Shown here piece by piece: positions 9,228 through 17,121 of a DNA stretch of 36,747 nt. Where the stretch lies: contig JAZOSE010000097.1 of assembly GCA_045656965.1 (NCBI GenBank), positions 1-36,747 on the forward strand. The letters are read 5' to 3'. A program made the translations under genes and the position numbers. This DNA comes from Eubacteriales bacterium (lineage in GTDB: Bacteria > Bacillota > Clostridia > Oscillospirales > CAG-272). The notes under the pieces were generated by a model. It saw only the letters and a program-made list of their open reading frames with translations, was not told the origin of the DNA and did not search any database. Within the stretch, counting starts at the first letter, position 1; each line of letters opens with the position of its first letter.

Positions 9228-10195
9228 TATCTTGCCCCCATTTGTCTGAGCACTAAGGTGCGAAAAAAGCTCTTCCCCGAATGCACGATACGCATCGCGT
9301 GCTGCTTAATTTCCACGGCGGCGGCTTCTCTTGAGGCTCTTGCGGCATCGTCAAAGGCATCGCGAATGCGGAGAATTTCTCTATAAAAGGGAGATTTTTC
9401 GGCGTATTCCCAAAAATATTCACCGTAAAGCACGTCGTTATACTGCCAAGGCTTTTTATAAAGGGCGTAGTGCATAATGCCGATGTACTCACCCTCGGTC
9501 TTTTCAAGTGGCTCCTTGTTCCAAGCTGAGGACAGCATTTTGATCTTCCCACTGCAAAGGAAGTTAAGATATGCCTGGTCGGGGTCCACGGTATCAAAAT
9601 TGTAGGTTTTGATCAGGTGAACGAACGTCTCCTCAATACGTGCGCGTCGGAAGGCATCAAGATCGATAAGAAGCACGCCGGCGTTGATATAATCGGCAGG
9701 GTCAACGCCAACGGCTTCCTTAGCATAGCGGCGAAATTCGGGCGTGGTGTAGATAAAGTTTTCTCGCGCGCCACCGAGGATGTTTCCCTCAAGATCGGTG
9801 TCGTAGAGCTTTGCCACGTCGTCAAGCACCACAAGATCGCAATCAAGATAGATCACCTTGCCATACTCGGGGAAAAGCGAGGCTATAAAGAGGCGATAGT
9901 AGGTAACAACGGAAAAGTGATAAATATTTTTGAAGTGAGATTTGATCTTCTCCACCTTTTCGCTGATGTCAAGAAACTCAACCGTGACGAAGTCCGTTTC
10001 GTTCGCCTTGACAAGACGGACGTTTTCTTCCTTCAAGCCCGTATTTAAAACGATGATGCGATAGCGGTTTTCACTTGAGGCGTGAAGAACGAGCGAGCGC
10101 ACAGCAACGTCAAGAAAGGGGATGTAATTATCGTCGGTAGAAAAGAAAATAGGAATCTCTTTTCTTGTTTTTGCGTTTTTCATAGGCACGAGCAT
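9227..10195 (-). CDS. Glycosyltransferase family 8
   Basis: IPIFFSTDDNY, TYYRLFI, YLDCD, YINAGVLLID, DQAYLN, HY...KPW; RBS AAAGGA supports ATG 10195. Confidence 0.9.
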   Translation of the reverse strand: MLVPMKNAKTRKEIPIFFSTDDNYIPFLDVAVRSLVLHASSENRYRIIVLNTGLKEENVRLVKANETDFVTVEFLDISEKVEKIKSHFKNIYHFSVVTYYRLFIASLFPEYGKVIYLDCDLVVLDDVAKLYDTDLEGNILGGARENFIYTTPEFRRYAKEAVGVDPADYINAGVLLIDLDAFRRARIEETFVHLIKTYNFDTVDPDQAYLNFLCSGKIKMLSSAWNKEPLEKTEGEYIGIMHYALYKKPWQYNDVLYGEYFWEYAEKSPFYREILRIRDAFDDAARASREAAAVEIKQHAMRIVHSGKSFFRTLVLRQMGAR

Positions 10196-10227
10196 TGCGT
10201 TTTCCTTTCGGGTGTTTTCTCGCACCC

Positions 10228-10256
10228 ATTGTAACTCCGAAGGAAGAAAAAGGCAA
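10228..10256 (-). promoter_or_regulatory. sigmaA promoter of GT8 operon
   Basis: minus strand TTGCCT-17 bp-TACAAT. Confidence 0.65.
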
Positions 10257-10374
10257 CCTACCGTGCGCGCCCGTTGGTAGCGCGTGCGAAAGCGGGCGGT
10301 AGAGCTTTTCAAAAATGCACTCTACCGACAGTAGAGTCTGTAACAAAAGCACAAAAAAGCAAATAAATGTTTGC

Positions 10375-10413
10375 AAAAGGAAAGCCGGCCGAGCTTTTAA
10401 GCTGGGTCGGCTT
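10375..10413 (-). terminator. Terminator after M24 peptidase
   Basis: imperfect stem aagccgacccagctt-aa-aagctcggccggctt followed by tcctttt on minus strand. Confidence 0.6.
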
Positions 10414-10425
10414 GGTTGTTTTCCT

Positions 10426-11598
10426 TTAAAGAAGAATGATTTTATCCTGCCTTGGCGTGTAGACCATCGGCTTGCCGTTTTCGATATAAACGTTGATCTC
10501 CTCGCGAAGTCCGAAGGTAGGAAGGTAGACGGCAGGCTCGAGGGAGAAGGCGGTACCCTCCATAACGGCGCGCGTGTCGTGCGTTTCAAAGTTGTCGATA
10601 TTGGCACCGACACCGTGATCGCTCTCACCAAGAGAGATGCTGTGACCTGTGCGGTGAAGGATATACTCGCCATAGCCGTTTTGGGTCAAAATACCGTTAC
10701 AAATGTCATCAACCTCATAGCCGCACACCGTGCGCTTGGGGAGATTTTCTTCAAGGAAGGTAAGTGCGGCGGAGATCGCCTCGTGTACGACGCGGAAGGC
10801 GCGCTCTATATCCTCGGGAACCTTATTTCCTACGTATCCCATCCAAGTAACGTCGGCAAAGACGGCTTCGGGAAGGTCAAACTTTGCCCAAAGGTCGATA
10901 AGGACACTGTCGCCGGGAAGAATGCGGGAATGCACCTCGCGCGTGGGCTCGTAGTGAGGGCTGTTGCCGTTTTTGCCTGCAGCGACGATGGGGGCGCCTT
11001 CCGTGACCATTCCCTCCTCGGCGAAGCGGCGGCAAATATACTGCTGCACCTCATATTCGTCGGAGTAGCCCTTTTCGGTAACGTCCTTTGAGATCATCGC
11101 GAAGGCTTCGTCCTTGATCTTATCAATAAGAAGCGCCGCTTTTTTATGATATTCGAGTGACTCACCGTCAAAGGTAGCCGTGAGGGCTTGGAAAAGATCG
11201 GCAGAGGAGATGACGTTTTTAACGAAGCGCTTGACCGAGCAGACCGTGCCATAGTCGGCATACGAGGCGCGGGGGAGAAGCCCGTTTTCGCTGATCTCCA
11301 TCATAACGGTGTTATAGGGAGAAAGGAGCGCTTTTAAGTATTCGTCAAGCTCCCGCCAGGTTTTATAGGTATAGACGGTGTACTCGCCCTTTTCGTCCGA
11401 CTTTTTGATGCCGGGGGCGTCGATGACGTGGCAAACGATCGCCGAGACGTCGCCCTCGTCGATGATCACGAAGCATTTTCTCGTCGAGAAGGATGAGCCG
11501 AGCAGTGCGCGATACGCGGGGTTTCCCGATGCAAAGTCGTAGATGACCCAAGCCTCCGCTTCGCTTTTTTTAAGGTAGTCCTTGATTTTCTTTAACAT
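10426..11598 (-). CDS. M24 family (Xaa-Pro aminopeptidase/prolidase-like) metallopeptidase
   Basis: PHYEP, metal ligands IDLW, ADVTW, HRTGH, LEP, REE all present. Confidence 0.88.
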   Translation of the reverse strand: MLKKIKDYLKKSEAEAWVIYDFASGNPAYRALLGSSFSTRKCFVIIDEGDVSAIVCHVIDAPGIKKSDEKGEYTVYTYKTWRELDEYLKALLSPYNTVMMEISENGLLPRASYADYGTVCSVKRFVKNVISSADLFQALTATFDGESLEYHKKAALLIDKIKDEAFAMISKDVTEKGYSDEYEVQQYICRRFAEEGMVTEGAPIVAAGKNGNSPHYEPTREVHSRILPGDSVLIDLWAKFDLPEAVFADVTWMGYVGNKVPEDIERAFRVVHEAISAALTFLEENLPKRTVCGYEVDDICNGILTQNGYGEYILHRTGHSISLGESDHGVGANIDNFETHDTRAVMEGTAFSLEPAVYLPTFGLREEINVYIENGKPMVYTPRQDKIILL

Positions 11599-11613
11599 AG
11601 CGGTTCCCTTTCC

Positions 11614-14148
11614 TTAATCCACTAATTTGGCAACGATCTTGCCCGTTTGTCTTTGTACGTCCATCATATCCTTGCGGTCGATCTTCAAAAGACGGATAAC
11701 AGAGGAGAATACCGACATTTCCTCAAAGAAGGTTTTGGTGATCTCCTCAGAAAGCACGTCGGAGAGGTTCTTTTCCTCAATCAGCTCCGTGTAGAAGGTG
11801 AAGTCCTTAACACACGCCGCCATACCGTTGACGTACTTGGTCGAGAGCGAGTATTTAAACGCCTCGCGAAGAGATTTCAGCCCTGTCGAAAAGCTTTCGG
11901 GTCTGTCCTCCAAAACGCTGCTTAACACCTTGCCCTTGACGGAGAGGCGAAGCGACCAGCATTTCGCAATGTCGTCCGCGGTGTTTTTGAAGAGGGTGAA
12001 GGCGTGTGTGGCATTGCGCCTGATCTCACGGATGGTGGGCATATTTTTCTGCCAATCGGTTTGACCTAGCCTTCTTTGTTCGTCGAGCATCGATTCGTAG
12101 CAGTCGCTCTTATGAAGATAGGCGTAGGCGATGTAACGGTCTGCCGCACTGGTTTTAAAGAGGGCAAGCGCCGTATCCAAATGCTTCAAGCACTCCTTTA
12201 AGGCGTCGAAGCGGTCACCGTCGTTTAAAACGGAGAGGCGGTTGACCGACGAGGCGAGGTTAAGATATACGCATCCGAGAAGCTCGTGGTCGCAGGGGTA
12301 AAGCCTTCCGACGGAGAGCGCCAGCTCGCAATCGTTCTTCCAGCGCGTGTAGTGTTCCATACGCTCGCTTTGGTCAAGCGACATATCACCGCAATGCTCC
12401 CAAACGACGCACCGCTCGCGGTAAAGAAGCAAAAGCTCGGACTTGAGGGGATTTTCCTCTACCGAAGGTGTTAGCGCAAGAATGTCGCCGATTACGCCCT
12501 CAAACTCCGCGAGCATTCTTTCGGCGGCGTTTTCCTCGCCGCCCATCGCGTCGAAGTTGCCGCAGAAGAACATTTCCTTATGATAGGAGCAAAGAAGAGA
12601 GCGGAGCTTTAGGCGCACGCTCGTGATGTACTCACTTCCAACCATTCCCTCAATCTCTTCGAAGATGCGCATTTTAACTGCTTCCTCTGCATCGAGAATG
12701 AAGATGTTGTGCAAGTAAATTTCACCGAGAATACGCATCAAATACTCATATTTGGCGTACACACCCTCGTTTTTCTCCTCAAGCGCATATTCGTGTATCC
12801 TCTTTATGGCGCCGACTAGCATTTCGGTGTTATGCTTATTGTAGTATTCCTTGATCTGATAGGCAATCTCGCCGTAGCGCGAGGCAAAAAGCTTTTTGGT
12901 GACCTCCTCGCAGCTTCCCTCTCCGTTCTTGATGCCTGTGTAATACTGCCAAAGCATGGTTTCGGAAAGAAGCAGAGCCGCGCGCTTTTGCTCCCAAAGC
13001 TTTTTTTCGGTGGCGGTGGCATCGTACTCATCCTCAAGGGCTTCCGCCATACAGAAATCAATCTCGTCCAAAAGCTCCTCGCTGCCCGCACTGTACGGTT
13101 CCTCAAAGCTATGCAGTGCGTGAAGAAGGAACAAAGAAAAGTCGGTGTTTTCTACCGAGGACTCCTCCTCGCACCAGTCGCCGTCAAGATCCTCTAAAAC
13201 GTCATAGGGAATTTTTCCGTACTCGTTATAGCTATCTACGGGAAGCTCTACGGCGCGCTCACCCACCGAGACGCTGACGTTTTTCTCGTACAGGTCGGTG
13301 CCCTCGTTCATACGTACGGTTTTATTGCGGAAAACGATCTGGAAATTGGCAACCGAGGGCACGGTGAGAATTTCCTTGCCCATCAAGAGAACGGCAAGGT
13401 CGGAATTGTGGTCGATAAGAAGCACCGAAGCGTCCTCGCCAAGATCCTTGTTTTTTAGATACTCCGCAACACATTGTGGGTTGTGGGTAAAGAGAAAGAC
13501 GAAGGAGCCCAAAAGCGAAACGTCACTCTTTAAAATTTCATACGCCGCCGTTGCCTCGTAGGCTACCACGTCGTCGCGGATCTTTCTGTTGAGGCTTTCC
13601 TTTCCCAACACATAGCGGTCAAGCTTTTGCTCAAAGCGGACGTTCAAGGGACGAAGGCATACAAGTCTTTCAAGGGTGCGGTTCGGGTACTCGAAGGAGA
13701 TAGGACGGCTCGCGTCGTCGCCCTTGTCGGCGATCATGCGGTAAAGCATCTCAAAGCCGCCCTCGCCCATTGCGATATCCTTGGTTGCATAAAGAGAGTT
13801 GAAGGAAATAAGGTCGTCAACGGTGACGTTGCCAAAGACGTAGGCGTTGATGATGGCGCCCGGCTTTTTGCCAAGCTTACGCATACCGTCGAACTGCTTA
13901 AGTTCGTCGGCGATCCATTTGGAAAGCTTTGTTTTATCGCAGGCAACGAGGATAAAATGCTTGGCGTTGATCAGCGCCGTGTTGATGGCATCGTAAAAAT
14001 CGTCGCACTTTTCTTCCTTGCAGAGAAAGCATTTGAGCTTTTTGCCCTCGTGATGCTCGAAATATTCCTTGAGCTTTACCGCCATCGGATAAGAGCTTCC
14101 CTCTCCTACGGTATTACCGCCGTGATAGGATATAAAAACGTCCCACAT
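11614..14148 (-). CDS. TIR-domain protein with long helical/TPR-like C-terminal region
   Basis: N-term WDVFISY, INTALINAKHFILVA, WIADEL (Glu82 at the catalytic position); C-term helical repeats such as LGCVYLNLA, IAYAYLHKSDCY. Confidence 0.8.
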   Translation of the reverse strand: MWDVFISYHGGNTVGEGSSYPMAVKLKEYFEHHEGKKLKCFLCKEEKCDDFYDAINTALINAKHFILVACDKTKLSKWIADELKQFDGMRKLGKKPGAIINAYVFGNVTVDDLISFNSLYATKDIAMGEGGFEMLYRMIADKGDDASRPISFEYPNRTLERLVCLRPLNVRFEQKLDRYVLGKESLNRKIRDDVVAYEATAAYEILKSDVSLLGSFVFLFTHNPQCVAEYLKNKDLGEDASVLLIDHNSDLAVLLMGKEILTVPSVANFQIVFRNKTVRMNEGTDLYEKNVSVSVGERAVELPVDSYNEYGKIPYDVLEDLDGDWCEEESSVENTDFSLFLLHALHSFEEPYSAGSEELLDEIDFCMAEALEDEYDATATEKKLWEQKRAALLLSETMLWQYYTGIKNGEGSCEEVTKKLFASRYGEIAYQIKEYYNKHNTEMLVGAIKRIHEYALEEKNEGVYAKYEYLMRILGEIYLHNIFILDAEEAVKMRIFEEIEGMVGSEYITSVRLKLRSLLCSYHKEMFFCGNFDAMGGEENAAERMLAEFEGVIGDILALTPSVEENPLKSELLLLYRERCVVWEHCGDMSLDQSERMEHYTRWKNDCELALSVGRLYPCDHELLGCVYLNLASSVNRLSVLNDGDRFDALKECLKHLDTALALFKTSAADRYIAYAYLHKSDCYESMLDEQRRLGQTDWQKNMPTIREIRRNATHAFTLFKNTADDIAKCWSLRLSVKGKVLSSVLEDRPESFSTGLKSLREAFKYSLSTKYVNGMAACVKDFTFYTELIEEKNLSDVLSEEITKTFFEEMSVFSSVIRLLKIDRKDMMDVQRQTGKIVAKLVD

Positions 14149-14180
14149 AGCCTTCTCCTTTTAGATTACTTTTCTTTATC

Positions 14181-14209
14181 ATTATATATTCTTTTCACAC
14201 GCTTGTCAA
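14181..14209 (-). promoter_or_regulatory. Perfect-consensus sigmaA promoter of TIR gene
   Basis: minus strand TTGACA-17 bp-TATAAT; RBS AAGGAG before ATG 14148. Confidence 0.85.
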
Positions 14210-14339
14210 TGGTGATGCTTACTTTTCCAAGCTTTTATAAATTTTAATATTACACGGCTTGACCTCAATAGTAAATTGCGACATTCTGAGATCATTTATG
14301 TCAGTTGTTGCAACAAAAAGAGGGCTTTTTTCCTCTCTC

Positions 14340-14368
14340 TTGACAAAAGCCTAAAAAACGTGTATAAT
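14340..14368 (+). promoter_or_regulatory. Perfect-consensus sigmaA promoter
   Basis: TTGACA-17 bp-TATAAT. Confidence 0.85.
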
Positions 14369-14426
14369 GAAAATAGAAGGGCGGCCGCTTCGGCTCGCGC
14401 GAACAAACGAATGAGAGGTATCTTTT

Positions 14427-14669
14427 ATGACGTTTTCCGAAGGATTTAAAAAGGCTGTATATATAACCGTAGGCGCTGTGGCAACGGGCATTGAATCGCT
14501 CGGCACGCTTGCGGATTCTCTTGCGAAAAAGGGCTCTGCCGCCGTTAAAAAGGGCAAGAAGATGTATCAAGAGGCACGCGAAGAGAAAAAAGCGCGCGAG
14601 GACAAGGAAGAGCCCGCCGTGGTGGTTGAAGAGGACAACGGCGAGAACGCTCCCGTTGAGGGAAAATGA
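14427..14669 (+). CDS. Small phasin-like protein
   Basis: FKKAVYITVGAVATGIESLGTLADSLAKKG resembles PhaF/PhaI-type phasin N-terminus; RBS GAGG, own promoter and terminator. Confidence 0.55.
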   Translation: MTFSEGFKKAVYITVGAVATGIESLGTLADSLAKKGSAAVKKGKKMYQEAREEKKAREDKEEPAVVVEEDNGENAPVEGK

Positions 14670-14670
14670 C

Positions 14671-14712
14671 AAAAAAGATGGGGTATCGCACAAGCGTGCG
14701 ATACCCTTTTTG
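14671..14712. terminator. Bidirectional terminator
   Basis: gggtatcgcac-aagc-gtgcgataccc flanked by A and T tracts. Confidence 0.85.
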
Positions 14713-14714
14713 CT

Positions 14715-15578
14715 TTAATGCGAATGCTTGCCGTCGCTCGTGCAGCTCTGACCGAACGCGCCGACGGGAAATGCCATCGTGCGGAAGAGGCAGCAAGGGT
14801 TTTCCTTGCTCTCTGCAGGACGGCACTCCTTGTCGGGCACCGAGTATTCGGTGGCACCGCTGATCAGGTACTGTGCGGGACGCTCCAGACGAATGACCGA
14901 GAAAATACCGATACTGATAAGGAAGCGGTTAGTTCCGTCCTCGCCCGAAAGCGTCAATTCTCCGTCAAAAAGGTCGGCGATGACCTCGGGAATGCTCTCG
15001 CTGACGTCGCAGGTGTTACACTGACAATCGCAGCAGGAGCAGCCACCGGTCGTGCCTCCGGTCGTGTCGCAGCAAAGAACGCGCGTGGAAAGGACGATGG
15101 GCGCGGCGGTCTCTACGACTGCAATGGGTGTACCCGCAACGCCCTCCGTGGTGCATTCGGTGCAGCAAAAGCCGTCCGTACCCGCGGAGCGGAATACCGT
15201 GGTACCCCCTTCGCCGCCGTAAAGAACGGCGCTTTTTTGCAGGACTAAAAGAGAGTAAAATTCGCTTGTGGCGCCTGCGCCTACGCAGGCCTCGTGTCTC
15301 AAGCGGATGTAAAACCGAATGGAGATCTGGTAAAATCCGCAATTGAAGGGCACCTCATCCACGCTGATGGCGGTACCGACGATCCTCGCCTCTACGGTAC
15401 GAACCGTTGCCGTACGATTGATCAGGTCACGGCCGGCAGGCGTAAGATAAGCTCTGACGTCCTCGTAACAGTCTCTGTCGCGGCAGGAGTCCAGCACACG
15501 CATCGTGTCGATCGCTACGGCCTCTCTGCCGCAGGTCGATGCCGTTCTCTCGGAACAGCTGCATCTGTTTTCTGCCAT
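14715..15578 (-). CDS. Cys-rich conserved clostridial hypothetical, putative spore coat/exosporium protein
   Basis: EAVAIDTMRVLDSCRDRDC, many CC/CxC clusters, GIFSVIRLERP, PDKEC; upstream CATAATAT -10. Confidence 0.6.
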   Translation of the reverse strand: MAENRCSCSERTASTCGREAVAIDTMRVLDSCRDRDCYEDVRAYLTPAGRDLINRTATVRTVEARIVGTAISVDEVPFNCGFYQISIRFYIRLRHEACVGAGATSEFYSLLVLQKSAVLYGGEGGTTVFRSAGTDGFCCTECTTEGVAGTPIAVVETAAPIVLSTRVLCCDTTGGTTGGCSCCDCQCNTCDVSESIPEVIADLFDGELTLSGEDGTNRFLISIGIFSVIRLERPAQYLISGATEYSVPDKECRPAESKENPCCLFRTMAFPVGAFGQSCTSDGKHSH

Positions 15579-15626
15579 GGTGTTTCCCCCTAAAAAAGTA
15601 ATGAGTGAGGCTTCTGCCTCGTTATC

Positions 15627-15653
15627 ATATTATGCGCGGTGTGTTTTTTTGTC
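15627..15653 (-). promoter_or_regulatory. Putative sigmaK/sigmaE promoter
   Basis: minus strand GACA-15 bp-CATAATAT. Confidence 0.45.
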
Positions 15654-15788
15654 CTTGGGGCGAATTTGAAAAACCGTGCCAAAAGAAAAAAGAAATTTTT
15701 GTTTATTTTGCCTATACCACTTTTATGTTAAAATATGGTAAAATATAGATAAGAATACGCGCTTGCGCTTTGGAAAGGATTTTACAAG

Positions 15789-16286
15789 ATGCAGTTTAAA
15801 ACCAATGACTACATTTTTTACGGTACGGACGGGATCTGTCAAGTAGATGCCGTTTGCGAAAATCCCTTTGAGGGTGCGCCTGCGGGTGTTTGCTACTACG
15901 TGCTTCACACGGTCAAGGAGCCGAGGCAGACCATTTGGAACCCCGTTGAAAACGACCGTGTTTTGATGCGCGAGCTGATGAAGGAAAACGAGGTGGGAGA
16001 AATTCTTTCCTCCCTTCCCTTCGCCGAGCCCTTCGCAGCACCGAGTGCAAAGCTTTTGCGCGAAAAATATCTGGGCGCTATGAAGAGCGGAATACCGGGC
16101 GAATGGTGCCGCGTGATCCGCACCTACGTTTCGCGCTGTGCAGTCACCGACGGCTCTGTGCGTGTGACCGATGCCGAAAAGGGCTTTTATGACGGAGCGC
16201 GCGCACTCCTTGCTTCTGAAATTGCTATGGTCCTCGGCATTTCGGAGGCGGATGCCAACGAAAAGATCCTTGCCCACATAAAATAA
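15789..16286 (+). CDS. CarD family transcriptional regulator
   Basis: FKTNDYIFYGTDGICQV N-terminal CarD/RID pattern; C-terminal DAEKGFYDGARALLASEIAMVL. Confidence 0.82.
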   Translation: MQFKTNDYIFYGTDGICQVDAVCENPFEGAPAGVCYYVLHTVKEPRQTIWNPVENDRVLMRELMKENEVGEILSSLPFAEPFAAPSAKLLREKYLGAMKSGIPGEWCRVIRTYVSRCAVTDGSVRVTDAEKGFYDGARALLASEIAMVLGISEADANEKILAHIK

Positions 16287-16319
16287 TTTTCAATTTTTTC
16301 ATTTTTTTTCGAAAAACTA

Positions 16320-16348
16320 TATACAAGCAAAAAAAAATGTGCTAAAAT
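16320..16348 (+). promoter_or_regulatory. sigmaA promoter of purC
   Basis: TATACA-17 bp-TAAAAT with TG extension. Confidence 0.55.
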
Positions 16349-16387
16349 ATTTTGTGTTAAAAAATCAGCTTAAAGGAGCATACGATT

Positions 16388-17069
16388 ATGAAGAAGATCT
16401 ATGAGGGCAAAACCAAGGACGTTTACAGCCTGGAAAACGGCAACGTTCTCTTGAAGTTTAAGGACGACTGCACCGGTAAAGACGGTGTGTTTGATCCCGG
16501 CGAGAACACCGTTGGCTTAAAGATCGAGGGCATTGGCCGCGAAAACCTCAAAACCTCTATTTACTATTTTGAGCTTTTAAAGAAGGCAGGCATCAAGACC
16601 CACTACGTGAGCGCAAATATTGAGGAGGCAACCATGGAGGTTCTTCCCGGTAAGGTGTTCGGTCACGGTCTTGAGGTTATTTGCCGTCTTGTTGCTACGG
16701 GTAGCTTTATCCGTCTACGGCGAGTATATCGCAGACGGTACCGTGCTTGAGGGCGGTTACGTTGAGTGCACCTTCAAGAACGATGCAAAGGGCGACCCGC
16801 TCGTTACCGGCGAGGGCCTTGCAGCTTTGGGTGTTATGTCTCCCGCTATGTTTGAAAGCATGAAGGAGCAGACCCTTAAGATCACCAAAATCGTTGCGGA
16901 CGACCTCAAAAGCATCGGTCTTGACCTTTGGGATATCAAGTTTGAGTTCGGCTACAATGGCGACGAGGTTATCCTCATCGACGAGATCGCCTCGGGCAAC
17001 ATGCGCGTTTACAAGGGCGATAAGATCGTTGATCCCATCGAGCTTACCAAGCTTATCCTCAACAGATAA
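16388..17069 (+). pseudogene. purC: SAICAR synthetase, frameshifted near 16715 (real lesion or sequencing error)
   Basis: [23 protein letters not shown] in first frame; [28 protein letters not shown] in second; expected IRRYG reads atc cgt c tac ggc. Confidence 0.85.
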
Positions 17070-17083
17070 TTTATGCATACGGA

Positions 17084-17121
17084 AAAAGAGCAAATGCGGC
17101 GCATTTGCTCTTTTATTTTTT
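17084..17121. terminator. Bidirectional terminator
   Basis: aaaagagcaaatgc-ggc-gcatttgctctttt. Confidence 0.85.

Noticed and set aside
10315-11091. 258-aa ORF antisense to the M24 peptidase
   Set aside because: No RBS or motifs; runs through a terminator
15725-15754. 10-bp periodic atgttaaaat/atggtaaaat before the CarD-like gene
   Set aside because: Most simply overlapping -10 elements in AT-rich DNA
16300-16318. ttttcgaaaa upstream of purC as a PurBox
   Set aside because: Only the CGAA core matches within AT-rich sequence
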